Part shown: positions 23,128 to 30,870 of the stretch, piece by piece | Layout: each line of letters starts with the position of its first letter | Position numbering within the stretch: the stretch's first letter is position 1 | Assembly (NCBI GenBank): GCA_903912585.1 | Contig: CAIWHY010000083.1 | Coordinates: 1-30,870, forward strand | Length of the DNA stretch: 30,870 nt | Source: an uncultured Thermoleophilia bacterium | Lineage (GTDB): Bacteria; Actinomycetota; Thermoleophilia; UBA2241 | Reading direction: 5' to 3' | The notes under the pieces: model-generated | The model's database searches: none | What the model saw: the letters and a program-made list of their open reading frames with translations, nothing else | What the model was told of the DNA's origin: nothing | Program-made: the position numbers and the translations under genes

Positions 23128-24753
23128 ATGCAGACGGTGTACGCGCAGCTGGAAGAAGCCGGCATCACAGTCGGCGCGATCCACAGGAACCTCCCGGCGC
23201 CGGAGCTCACGGCGCGCTCCCTGGCGCGCAAGGAGGGCATCCTCGCGGCCAACGGCGCGCTGGTGGTCACCACCGGAGCACGCACCGGCCGCTCGCCCGC
23301 CGACCGCTACATCGTCGACGACGAGGGCGCGGCCGGCGTCGCCTGGGGCGGGCCCAACCAGCGCTGCAGCCCGGCCGAGTTCGAGCGGCAGCTCGAACGC
23401 GCGAGCCAGTACCTCCGCGCGCGCGAGGTCTACGTCTTCGACGGCTTCATCGGCGCGGAGCCGGTCTACCGGCTGCCGATCCGCGTGGTCGCCGACGCCA
23501 CCTGGCACGCGCTCTTTGCGCACACCCTGTTCGTCGGGCCGCAGCCGATCGAGCTCGAGGGCTTCGCGCCGGGCTTCACCGTGATCGACTGCGGCGCGCT
23601 GCCGGCCGACGATAGCGACGCGCCCGCGCGCGACGGCGCGGCCGGCGACGCCGACGGGACCGGCGGCGCTGCCGGCTCCGGCGTCTTCGTCGGCATCTCG
23701 TTCAGCCGCCGGCTCGTCCTGATCGTGGGCACGATGTACGCCGGCGAGATCAAGAAGGCGCTCTTCAGCGTCATGAACTACCTGCTGCCGCAGCGCGACG
23801 TGCTGCCCATGCACTGCTCGGCCACGGCCGGGCGCCAAGGCGACGTCGCCTTGTACTTCGGCCTCTCGGGGACGGGCAAGACGACCTTGTCGGCCGACCC
23901 GTCCCGCCACCTCATCGGCGACGACGAGACCGGCTGGAGCGACCACGGCGTATTCAACTTCGAAGGCGGCTGTTACGCCAAGGTGATCCGCCTCTCCGCC
24001 CGCGCCGAGCCGCAGATCTTCCAAGCCATCCGCTTCGGATCCGTCCTCGAGAACGTGGTCGTCGACCCGCTCACGCGCGCCATCCACTGGGACGACGACT
24101 CGATCACCGAGAACACGAGGGCCACCTATCCCGTCGACCACATCCCCGGAGCGATCGTCAACGGGGTTGCCGGCATGCCGCGCAACGTGTTCTTCCTCGC
24201 CTGCGACTCCTGCGGCGTGCTGCCGCCGCTCGCCAAGCTCACGCCGCAGATGGCCGGCTACCACTTCCTCTCCGGCTTCACGGCCCGGCTCGCCGGCACC
24301 GAGGACGGGGTGGACGACCCCGAGCCCACGTTCTCGCCGTGCTTCGGGGCGCCGTTCATGCCGCGCGACCCAGTGCTGTACGCGACGATGCTGGAGGAGC
24401 GCCTGCGCACGGCGCCCACCCAGTGCTGGCTGGTCAACACCGGCTGGAGCGGCGGACCCTACGGCGTCGGCAAACGCATGCGCATCTCCGTGACGCGCAA
24501 CCTGCTCAAGGCCGCCCTGACCGGCGACCTCGACCATGTGGACTTCGCGCCGCACCCCGTGTTCCGCGTGCTCGTGCCCGCGCACTGCCCGGGCGTGCCG
24601 GTGAAGCTGCTGGACGCGCGCGCGACGTGGGCGGACCCGGCGGCCTACGACGAAAGCGCCTCTCTCCTGGCGCGGCACTTCGTCGAGAACTTCGCGCGCT
24701 TCGCCGGCCGCGTGCCGCAAGGGCTGGCCGCGGCCGGCCCGATCGCCGGCTGA
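23128..24753 (+). CDS. pckA: Phosphoenolpyruvate carboxykinase (ATP)
   Basis: TGARTGRSPADRYIV, GTMYAGEIKK, MHCSA, GLSGTGKTTLSADP, IGDDE, FNFEGGCYAK, ENTRATYP, WLVNTGWSGG. Confidence 0.96.
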   Translation: MQTVYAQLEEAGITVGAIHRNLPAPELTARSLARKEGILAANGALVVTTGARTGRSPADRYIVDDEGAAGVAWGGPNQRCSPAEFERQLERASQYLRAREVYVFDGFIGAEPVYRLPIRVVADATWHALFAHTLFVGPQPIELEGFAPGFTVIDCGALPADDSDAPARDGAAGDADGTGGAAGSGVFVGISFSRRLVLIVGTMYAGEIKKALFSVMNYLLPQRDVLPMHCSATAGRQGDVALYFGLSGTGKTTLSADPSRHLIGDDETGWSDHGVFNFEGGCYAKVIRLSARAEPQIFQAIRFGSVLENVVVDPLTRAIHWDDDSITENTRATYPVDHIPGAIVNGVAGMPRNVFFLACDSCGVLPPLAKLTPQMAGYHFLSGFTARLAGTEDGVDDPEPTFSPCFGAPFMPRDPVLYATMLEERLRTAPTQCWLVNTGWSGGPYGVGKRMRISVTRNLLKAALTGDLDHVDFAPHPVFRVLVPAHCPGVPVKLLDARATWADPAAYDESASLLARHFVENFARFAGRVPQGLAAAGPIAG

Positions 24754-24907
24754 GCGGCCCAGTCGACCCCGGCGATCTGCGCGGTTCGCTCGCGGCAGCT
24801 CCCGCTTCCCGACTCGTCTGGGTATCCTTTCTTGGACGCCTATTCTATAGCGTGCCGAGGTACCGACGCCGATGCTGTTGGTGTAGTCGACGGCAGGAGG
24901 GGCGCAG

Positions 24908-25468
24908 GTGGACCGGCAGACGACAGGGCGCAGAGGCGACAGCGGGCTAAGCGTCCTCGAGGCACTCATCGTCCTTGCCATCGTCGGCCTTGTCGCCGCC
25001 ATCGGTATCCCCGCCTATGCCTCCCGGGCGCAGAAGTCGGTCCTGCAGCAGAACGCGCAGGGCCTCGTCGTGCAGGTGAAGAGCTACCTGGCACTCGACC
25101 TCAGCCCTGCCTACGCCGCCGATGGCGAGCAGACGGCCGGCGGCGAAGGCGTGGTCTCCACGGTGCTCAGCGGCGCTTTGCGCAGCGGTACCGCGGGGCG
25201 CTTCACGAACCCCTTGAGTGGCAGCCGCGTCATCGTCTGCGAGAGCGCCCCGCCGGCCTCCCCGAGTCGCACTCGCCCCGCCGTGTGGATCACCGACGAC
25301 GCGCACTACGCCCATGCCGGGTTCCGGACTACGGCTATGACCAGGTCCCAGCTCGCGGGCACGCTCGTGGTCGTCTTCGTCTCCGAGGAGGGCGCGAACA
25401 CCGTCCAGGTCTTCTACGTCGACGCCCATGGTGGCCGCTCGCCGGCTGAGGAGGCGCTGGAGCTCTGA
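24908..25468 (+). CDS. Type IV pilin / pseudopilin-like protein with a class III signal peptide
   Basis: Short basic leader RRGDSG, then LSVLEALIVLAIVGLVAAIGIPAY (Gly -1, Glu +5, hydrophobic helix, Pro). Confidence 0.8.
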   Translation: MDRQTTGRRGDSGLSVLEALIVLAIVGLVAAIGIPAYASRAQKSVLQQNAQGLVVQVKSYLALDLSPAYAADGEQTAGGEGVVSTVLSGALRSGTAGRFTNPLSGSRVIVCESAPPASPSRTRPAVWITDDAHYAHAGFRTTAMTRSQLAGTLVVVFVSEEGANTVQVFYVDAHGGRSPAEEALEL

Positions 25469-25573
25469 GGCCGGCCGCAGCGGAAGCGCAGTTGCTCCTG
25501 CTGCCGCCATCCAGGCGTCGCCGAGGCCCGTGCACCACGCTTGCTGACGATGAGCGAACGGGGGGCGGGGTGA

Positions 25574-25595
25574 TCGGAGTCCGTTCGGAGTCCGT
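25574..25595. repeat. Two exact tandem copies of TCGGAGTCCGT
   Basis: 25574-25584 and 25585-25595. Confidence 0.7.
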
Positions 25596-25634
25596 CTCTG
25601 GCGCCGCCGTGCGTGCATCTGCCGGGGCCGCCTT

Positions 25635-25662
25635 CCCATCGAGCTGCTGAGCGCCGCCTCGC
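25635..25662 (+). repeat. Left copy of an imperfect direct repeat flanking higBA
   Basis: 24/28 nt identical to 26387-26414; exact 14-bp core GCTGAGCGCCGCCT. Confidence 0.65.
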
Positions 25663-25766
25663 TTCCCCACCCGCCACGCTCTCCCACGCCCAATCAAATA
25701 GCCCCAGCTGCAGGCCCCGCAGCGGAGACAGTCCCCTCTCACGCGGCCATGATCGCCGATGCGCTC

Positions 25767-25795
25767 TTGACCACTGTCACGTGACGCGTTACACT
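25767..25795 (+). promoter_or_regulatory. higBA promoter with operator palindromes; predicted leaderless mRNA
   Basis: TTGACC (25767-25772), 17 bp, TACACT (25790-25795). Palindrome GTCACGTGAC (25776-25785) in the spacer; near-palindrome GTGACGCGTTAC (25781-25792). The ATG begins 7 nt after the last base of the -10 and has no SD. Confidence 0.75.
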
Positions 25796-25801
25796 CCACT
25801 C

Positions 25802-26083
25802 ATGATCAAGACGTTCGCCGACAAGCGCACGCAGGATCTGTACCTCACGGGCAAGGCGAGGCGCTTCCCGCCGGATGTCGCCCGGCGCGCCGCCCGCAAG
25901 CTCGAATACGTCGACCTGGCGACGACGCTCGACGACCTCCAGGTCCCGCCTGGCAACCGGCTGCACGCCCTCGAGCGCGAGCGCAAAGGCCAGCACGCGA
26001 TCTCGATCAACGATCAGTGGCGCATCTGCTTCCGCTTCGTGGACGGCGATGCCTACGACGTCGCGGTCGCCGACTACCACTGA
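25802..26083 (+). CDS. higB: HigB (RelE-superfamily) toxin
   Basis: MIKTFADK...PPGNRLHAL...GQHAISINDQWRICFRF...VADYH, the typical HigB / plasmid-maintenance killer pattern. Confidence 0.95.
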   Translation: MIKTFADKRTQDLYLTGKARRFPPDVARRAARKLEYVDLATTLDDLQVPPGNRLHALERERKGQHAISINDQWRICFRFVDGDAYDVAVADYH

Positions 26084-26098
26084 ATGCGAGGTGAGAAC

Positions 26099-26413
26099 AT
26101 GACCATCGACAACACCGGCGCCATGAGTCGCCGGCCGACACACCCCGGCGAGATGCTGCGCGAGGACTTCTTGCCCGACTACGGGCTCACGGTCGCGAGG
26201 TTGGCCGAGTCCCTGGGCGTCTCCCGCCAGACGGTCAACGAGCTCCTGCGCGAGCGCCGGGCGCTGAGCCCGGAGATGGCGCTGCGGCTCTCCCGCCTGT
26301 TCGGCAACACGCCAGAGTTCTGGCTGAACGCGCAGCGGGCGGTCGACCTCTGGGATGCGACCCAGGCGATCAAGTCGGACGTCGACCGCATCAAGCCGCT
26401 GAGCGCCGCCTAG
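26099..26413 (+). CDS. higA: HigA antitoxin (XRE HTH)
   Basis: PTHPGEMLREDFL, LAESLGVSRQTVNELL, SPEMALRLSRLFGNTPEFWLNAQ; GAGGTG RBS; toxin-first order. Confidence 0.95.
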   Translation: MTIDNTGAMSRRPTHPGEMLREDFLPDYGLTVARLAESLGVSRQTVNELLRERRALSPEMALRLSRLFGNTPEFWLNAQRAVDLWDATQAIKSDVDRIKPLSAA

Positions 26414-26414
26414 C
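26387..26414 (+). repeat. Right copy of the imperfect direct repeat flanking higBA (includes the higA stop)
   Basis: CGCATCAAGCCGCTGAGCGCCGCCTAGC, 752 bp from the left copy. Confidence 0.65.
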
Positions 26415-26438
26415 AAAGAGCGCCGGGAGGGTCTATTC

Positions 26439-26457
26439 AGACTTCGGCTTGAAGTCT
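26439..26457. terminator. Hairpin between convergent higA and tRNA-Asp
   Basis: AGACTTC-GGCTT-GAAGTCT; an outer pair TATTCAG (26434-26440) / CTGAATA (26486-26492) is also present. Confidence 0.45.
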
Positions 26458-26543
26458 TGATAGCGCCCGCGGGTATCCAGCTCGCCTGAATACGAAGGCA
26501 CGTCGCGAACGCCGACAGGCGGCACGGTGCTGATGAGGAGAAG

Positions 26544-26621
26544 TGGCGGGAGCGACGGGGCTCGAACCCGCGACCTCCGGCGTGACAGGCCGGCGCTCTA
26601 AACCAACTGAGCTACGCCCCC
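26544..26621 (-). tRNA. tRNA-Asp (GTC)
   Basis: GGGGGCGTAGCTCAGTTGGTTTAGAGCGCCGGCCTGTCACGCCGGAGGTCGCGGGTTCGAGCCCCGTCGCTCCCGCCA: cloverleaf, anticodon GTC, TTCGA loop, encoded CCA. Confidence 0.98.
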
Positions 26622-26679
26622 GCGTGGGGCACTGCGGTGCGGCCGGGGGTCGAGAAAGGCCGCTGTGCAGCGAATCGGG

Positions 26680-26708
26680 AGTGTAGCACACGCCGGAGAG
26701 GGCGGCAA
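26680..26708 (-). promoter_or_regulatory. tRNA-Asp promoter
   Basis: TTGCCG, 17 bp, TACACT with an extended TGn motif. Confidence 0.65.
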
Positions 26709-26782
26709 AACCGCCGGCGGAGGGTCGGAACGCGCGCCGGCCGTGCACCCGACACGGCGCCGGCGACCGGCCGCGCGACGAC

Positions 26783-28021
26783 CTACTCGACGCGGCGCAG
26801 CGCCGGGTCGCGCGCGTATTCGACGAGCGCCTGTCCGAACCACGGCCGGCCCGGCCGGCCGTGGATGCCGGGGCGAAACGGGGCCGCGAGCGCGTCCTCG
26901 TACGCTTCCAGGATCTGGTCGGTGACGCGGCGCCAGGAAAGCCGCTCGGCGACGAAGAGGCCGGCGGCGGCAAGCCGCCGCCGCTCGTCCGCGTCGCCGA
27001 GGATGTCGTGCAGCGCGTCGGCGAGCAGGGCCGGCTCGTGGGGAGGCACCAGCCGGCCGGCCTCCCCGTCGCCGAGCACGGCGCGGTAGCCGGGCAGGTC
27101 GGAGGCGACCACTGGCACGCCGGCCGCCATCGCCTCCGCAAGCACGATGCCGAAGCTCTCGGCAGCGAGCGACGGCGCGCAGACGACCTCCGCCTCCCCG
27201 AGCAGCCGCACCTTGTCCTCGTCGGTCACCCAGCCCAGCGGCTCCACGCCGCGGAGATCCGGGCCGGCGCCGGCGCCGAAGGGCTCGCGCGTCGACTCGT
27301 AGATGTCGCGGCGAGTGGCGCCGGCGATGACGAGCGTCGCCTCGGGCAGCCGGCGCCTGAGCAGCGCGAACGCCTTGAGCATCACGCCGAGCCCCTTGCG
27401 CTTCTCGGCGCGCCCGATGAACAGGATGCGGCCCTTGACCTTGGCGGCGCCGATCGCGGATGCGTACTGCTCCACCGTCACCCCGTTGGGGATGATGCGG
27501 TACTCGCCGGGGAAGCGGCCGGCCGGGAAGGCGAGCGCGGCCGGCGACACGGCGATGCGCACGTCCAGCCGCTTCTGCACGAGGTCCCCGAGCCACATCC
27601 AGCGGTCGTAGGCGGACGAGTCCTCGATCGCCGCGTGGAAGGTGCCGACCACGGGTGAGGTCGCGAGGAGCACCGCCGACAGCGCGACAGAGGGGGTGGC
27701 CGGTTCGTGCACGTGCAGCAGGTCGAAGCGGCCGTGGCGGATGGCGCGGTCCATGCGCATCGCGATCTTGGGGTTGGGGCTGAGGTAGGCGCGCGACCCG
27801 TTGGACGGGATGGAGATCGCCGTCCCCATCGGGATGAATCGCTTGGCGGCTTTGTGGCGGCGGCTGTCCACCGCGCGTCGCGTGAGCGCAAAAGCGCCGA
27901 CGGGAGCGATGATCCAGGGCTCGTGGCCGCGCTCCTCCAGTTCCTCGGCGAGGTGCTCGATGTGGTGGTTCACGCCGCCGGGGACGGTCCACGAGTACGG
28001 CGACACCAGCGCTACGCGCAT
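26783..28021 (-). CDS. GT4 glycosyltransferase, PimA-like
   Basis: MRVALVSPYSWTVPGGV, HVHEP, VGTFH, RAEKRKG, ESFGIVLAEAMAAG; resembles the recalled mycobacterial PimA pattern (CPYSFDVPGGV, LHEP). Confidence 0.85.
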   Translation of the reverse strand: MRVALVSPYSWTVPGGVNHHIEHLAEELEERGHEPWIIAPVGAFALTRRAVDSRRHKAAKRFIPMGTAISIPSNGSRAYLSPNPKIAMRMDRAIRHGRFDLLHVHEPATPSVALSAVLLATSPVVGTFHAAIEDSSAYDRWMWLGDLVQKRLDVRIAVSPAALAFPAGRFPGEYRIIPNGVTVEQYASAIGAAKVKGRILFIGRAEKRKGLGVMLKAFALLRRRLPEATLVIAGATRRDIYESTREPFGAGAGPDLRGVEPLGWVTDEDKVRLLGEAEVVCAPSLAAESFGIVLAEAMAAGVPVVASDLPGYRAVLGDGEAGRLVPPHEPALLADALHDILGDADERRRLAAAGLFVAERLSWRRVTDQILEAYEDALAAPFRPGIHGRPGRPWFGQALVEYARDPALRRVE

Positions 28022-28028
28022 GGCTGCC

Positions 28029-28715
28029 TCACTCCTTCGTGTCGCGGTCCAGCCAGAAGCGGTACCACCAGGCCTTGGGCGAATCGGGGAGGCCGGCGCC
28101 GGGCGTGCCGCGCAGGCGCGCGCCGAAGATCACGGCGATCAGCGCCAGCGGCCCAAGGGCGCGGGACGGCTGGTCCCGGTGCAGCGCGAGGCTGGTGAGG
28201 GGGAGGGCGAACGCGGTGAGGCTGACGCCCTCCGCGTGGCGGTGCAGCGCGGTGCCCCCGACGACTGGCACGAGGTCGATGGTCATCATCTTCGCATCCA
28301 TGGCGAAGGCGGCGCCCAGACCACAGGCGGCGCCGCGGCCCTTGACCATGGCGATATGACCGAGCATCGTGGCGATCCCGACAGCGGCGACCGTCCCCTC
28401 GCCGGCGCCGGCCAGGCGGGCGGCCGCAGCCGGGACGTAGGCCTTGCCGGCGTCCAGGGCCAGGGTGAGAGCGCCCGGCTTCCAGCCCAGGCTGCGCGCG
28501 ACGTTGGACGATCCGGGCTTGCCGTCTCCCAGGTCCTCGAGAGCCTCGCCCGAGACGGCCCTGGCGACGATACGGCCGTTGGGGATGCCGCCCATGGCAA
28601 AGCCGGCGCCGATCCAGAGGAGCGTCTTGGCGGCGCCCCACGGCCGGCGGCCTTGCGCCTTGCGGCCCGGAGCCCGTCGGCTCGAAGCGCAGCAGCTCGC
28701 GGCCCGGCGGCTCAT
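28029..28715 (-). CDS. Divergent PlsY-like membrane acyltransferase
   Basis: GFAMGGIPNG...GDGKPGSSNVARSLG...LALDAGKA, LGH...GRGAA, ARLRG. ATG 28715 overlaps the upstream stop (ATGA). Confidence 0.75.
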   Translation of the reverse strand: MSRRAASCCASSRRAPGRKAQGRRPWGAAKTLLWIGAGFAMGGIPNGRIVARAVSGEALEDLGDGKPGSSNVARSLGWKPGALTLALDAGKAYVPAAAARLAGAGEGTVAAVGIATMLGHIAMVKGRGAACGLGAAFAMDAKMMTIDLVPVVGGTALHRHAEGVSLTAFALPLTSLALHRDQPSRALGPLALIAVIFGARLRGTPGAGLPDSPKAWWYRFWLDRDTKE

Positions 28716-29893
28716 CGCCCGGCCGCCGTGCGCAGCAGCGCGCGGTAGCGCTTGCCGACGGTCTCGGGCGTGTGGCGCGAGAGCGCCAGCTCGCGGCCTC
28801 GCGCGCCCATGGCGCGGCGCTCCTTCTCCGACCGGCGCAGGACGTAGGCCAGCGCGGCGGCGACCTGCCCCACGGAGCGGCCGTCCACGACCATGCCGGT
28901 ATCGCCTTCGATGACCGCTTCGGGTGCGCCGCCGGAGCGGCCGGCGATCACCGGCAACCCGCACAGCGCGGCCTCGGCGAACACGATGCCGAAACCCTCC
29001 ACCTCCATGCCGGCCCAGCGCGAGCGGCAAGGCGATGCGAAGAGGTCCGCCGCCTGCAGCCACTCCTGCACGGCGGAGTCGACGAGCGCGCCGGTGAGGT
29101 GCACGCGCGCGCCCACGCCGCGCTTCTGGGCGCGGTCGTACAGGCGCGTCTGCATGCGCCCCTCGCCGATGAGCGCCAGGTGCAGGCGCGGGAACTCTGG
29201 AGTGAGCCGCGCAAGCGCCTCGATCAGGACGTCCTGGCCCTTGCGCGGCACGAGGCGGCCGAGGCAGACGATGAGCTCACCGTCGATGCCGAGACTTTGT
29301 TTGAGGGCCGCGGCGTCGCCCGCCGGCGCAGGCACGAACTCCTCCACCGTGATCGGCGGCCGCAGCACCTCTGCCGGCACGGTCCACTTGACCTGCAGCG
29401 AGGCGGCGCGCGCCGTGTACTCGCTCACCGTCAGCAGCATCGCGGCGTTGCCGAGCACGTGGCGCAGCATGTTGTTGACGCCGGGGATGGCCCCCGGCAG
29501 CGTGACCTCGGCGCCGCCGAGGAAGACGACGTAGGGCAGGCCGATGCGCTCCTTGACCTGCGGCCCGAGCAGGCCGGCGGGCAACGGATGGCCGAGCTGG
29601 ATCAGCTCGGCCCCGACGCTCTGCGCGAGGTCCACGACCTGGCGAAGCATCGCCGGCGTGGGCCACAGCACGGAGGTCGAGGCACGCACCACGTTGTAGT
29701 CGTGCGTGGCGTCGAAGGCCTCGGCGTCCACGTGCGCCGGCGCGAGGACCGTGACTTCCGCGGGGTCGAGGGTGCGGATGACGCCCCAGTAGAACGACTG
29801 GGCCCCTCCGATGCGTGGCGGGAAGTCGTTGGTCACGAACAACGTCCGCAACGCGTCCCCGCTGGGTGCGCTCCCCGTCAGGTCGCCCTCCAA
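28712..29893 (-). CDS. GT4 glycosyltransferase, PimB'-like
   Basis: LFVTNDFPPRIGG, LGRLVPRKGQDVL, EGFGIVFAEA, GRSGGAPEAV; resembles the recalled PimB'/Rv2188c pattern. Start uncertain (TTG 29893 or TTG 29851). Confidence 0.82.
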   Translation of the reverse strand: MEGDLTGSAPSGDALRTLFVTNDFPPRIGGAQSFYWGVIRTLDPAEVTVLAPAHVDAEAFDATHDYNVVRASTSVLWPTPAMLRQVVDLAQSVGAELIQLGHPLPAGLLGPQVKERIGLPYVVFLGGAEVTLPGAIPGVNNMLRHVLGNAAMLLTVSEYTARAASLQVKWTVPAEVLRPPITVEEFVPAPAGDAAALKQSLGIDGELIVCLGRLVPRKGQDVLIEALARLTPEFPRLHLALIGEGRMQTRLYDRAQKRGVGARVHLTGALVDSAVQEWLQAADLFASPCRSRWAGMEVEGFGIVFAEAALCGLPVIAGRSGGAPEAVIEGDTGMVVDGRSVGQVAAALAYVLRRSEKERRAMGARGRELALSRHTPETVGKRYRALLRTAAGR

Positions 29894-29958
29894 AGTCGGC
29901 CCAAATGACTTGCCCCGCCGGGAGCGAGGCGTCCCGCGCTACCGAGGCGCGAGATGCG

Positions 29959-30786
29959 TCACTTTACCATGGGCGCGGCCGGCGGGCCTTGGGCGGCCGG
30001 CAGCGTCACGGTCGCGGCGAGGCCTCCGGCGGCCGGACCGATGTCGAAGCGGCCGCCGTTGCGCTCCGCCAGGCGGCGACAGGTCCACAGCCCGATCCCG
30101 AGGCCGGGCGTGCGCGCCTCGAGCGGAGAGGCGCCGCGAAAGCCGAACTCGCCGGCGCGCCCCAGTTCGTCGGCGGGCATCCCCGGGCCGTCGTCGGACA
30201 CTGTCAGCGTCACGGTCCCGCCCGGGCCGGTGCCGAGCATGATCTCGACGCTCCCGCCGGCGCGGCCGTGCACGGCCGCGTTGCGGAGCAGCGCGCCCAC
30301 GATGAGCCGCACGTCCTCACGGTCGGCCAGGGCCGGCGGCGCATCGCCGTGCACGCGGATCTCCTGGTCGCCGGAGCCGTCGCGGAGGGCGAGGGCGATC
30401 GCCTCCTCCGCGGCCTGGTGGAGCGACACGGCGCTGGGCTCCGCCGGCGCCACGCTGCAGTCCATCCACCCGCTCTCCATCGCGCTCACCAGCAAGTGCT
30501 CGAGGCGCTCGACGTTGCGCTCCATGGTCTCGAGGTACTCGCGTTGCTTGGGCGTGAGCTCACCCGCGGTCTCGCCGAGCAGCAGCGAGAGCAGCGGGTA
30601 CATGACGGCGAGCGGAGAGCGCAGGTCGTGCCGCACGTGCGACTGGCGTTCGCGTGCGGCGCTTCGTGCGGCGTCGTTGGCGGCGCTGCTCGCGACGCTT
30701 CGCGCGGCGTCGCTCGCGGCGCTGCTCGCGGCGCTGCTCGCGGCGTCAAGAGCGCCGTCGCGGGCGCTGGGGTCTGCCTCGGTCAT
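29959..30786 (-). CDS. Soluble histidine kinase (HisKA + HATPase) with no recognisable sensor domain
   Basis: H-box HDLRSPL, N-box LLRNA, G1 DDGPGMP, G2 GLGIGL; N-terminus is low-complexity with no TM helix. Confidence 0.9.
   Translation of the reverse strand: MTEADPSARDGALDAASSAASSAASDAARSVASSAANDAARSAARERQSHVRHDLRSPLAVMYPLLSLLLGETAGELTPKQREYLETMERNVERLEHLLVSAMESGWMDCSVAPAEPSAVSLHQAAEEAIALALRDGSGDQEIRVHGDAPPALADREDVRLIVGALLRNAAVHGRAGGSVEIMLGTGPGGTVTLTVSDDGPGMPADELGRAGEFGFRGASPLEARTPGLGIGLWTCRRLAERNGGRFDIGPAAGGLAATVTLPAAQGPPAAPMVK
30656..30747. repeat. About 7.7 imperfect 12-bp tandem repeats (GCGGCGCTGCTC-like) with 36-bp higher-order periodicity
   Basis: GCGGCGCTTCGT GCGGCGTCGTTG GCGGCGCTGCTC GCGACGCTTCGC GCGGCGTCGCTC GCGGCGCTGCTC GCGGCGCTGCTC GCGGCGTC; encodes AASS-AASS-AASD-AARS-VASS-AAND-AARS. 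Confidence 0.85.
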
Positions 30787-30795
30787 GTGCGCACT

Positions 30796-30870
30796 CTACA
30801 GGTTCGTGCGCGCGAAGATGAGCGACTCGTTCCCGTTCGCATCGTAGAGCGTGAGGGCGTCGCCGGCGCG
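30796..30870 (-). CDS. 3' end of a hypothetical protein truncated by the window edge (possibly META/HslJ-like)
   Basis: Open frame ...RAGDALTLYDANGNESLIFARTNL* with GC-rich third positions; TAG lies 9 bp before the kinase ATG. Confidence 0.5.
   Translation of the reverse strand, partial: RAGDALTLYDANGNESLIFARTNL

Noticed and set aside
25596-25634. Extended higA pseudogene upstream of higB (in-register CTCTGG and ATC matches at the same 752-bp offset)
   Set aside because: The 36 nt between the matches are only 10/36 identical, i.e. background; only the terminal 28-bp repeat is retained as a finding.
26408-26500. Integron attC site after higA (GCCTAGC resembles RYYYAAC)
   Set aside because: The core is mismatched, there is no GTTRRRY partner at a suitable distance, and no integrase or further cassettes are present.
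25469-26543. Duplicated tRNA-Asp 3' end (attL/attR) marking an integrated element
   Set aside because: Only a weak GAGCGAACGGGG similarity near 25552; no convincing copy of the tRNA 3' end.
30656-30747. CRISPR-like interpretation of the short repeat arrays
   Set aside because: Units are contiguous with no spacers, lie inside coding frames, and no cas genes are present.

Overview
A very GC-rich bacterial window. PimA/PimB'-like genes, a Tat-lipoprotein, a leaderless gene and anaerobe-type metalloenzymes suggest a deep-branching, probably anaerobic actinobacterium (inference only). Bases 1-23056 form a catabolic island. It encodes a Dpp/Opp-type ABC importer; a D-2-hydroxyacid dehydrogenase / LarA-family racemase / M20 hydrolase operon; and a long minus-strand run with three pyrrolysine-free MttB-family methyltransferases, a split aconitase X, a HisC-like aminotransferase, an FAD + 4x[4Fe-4S] + acetylene-hydratase-like Mo/W-bisPGD module and a class IV aminotransferase. 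It also carries an unusual double-HTH IclR regulator and a histidine ammonia-lyase-like gene with an Ala-Cys-Gly MIO triad. A degenerate 14-bp palindrome sits 16-17 bp upstream of a TTG-starting -35 box at four promoters, which argues for one regulon. My best hypothesis (inference) is an anaerobic pathway for N-methylated and/or thiolated histidines (ergothioneine/hercynine, ovothiol, methylhistidine dipeptides): reductive desulfurization, stepwise demethylation, then deamination or transamination. The rest of the window holds pckA, an orphan pilin-like gene, a higBA toxin-antitoxin islet bracketed by direct repeats next to tRNA-Asp, a PimB'-like / PlsY-like / PimA-like operon and a sensor-less histidine kinase. 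All family calls come from motif recognition by eye; no searches were run.
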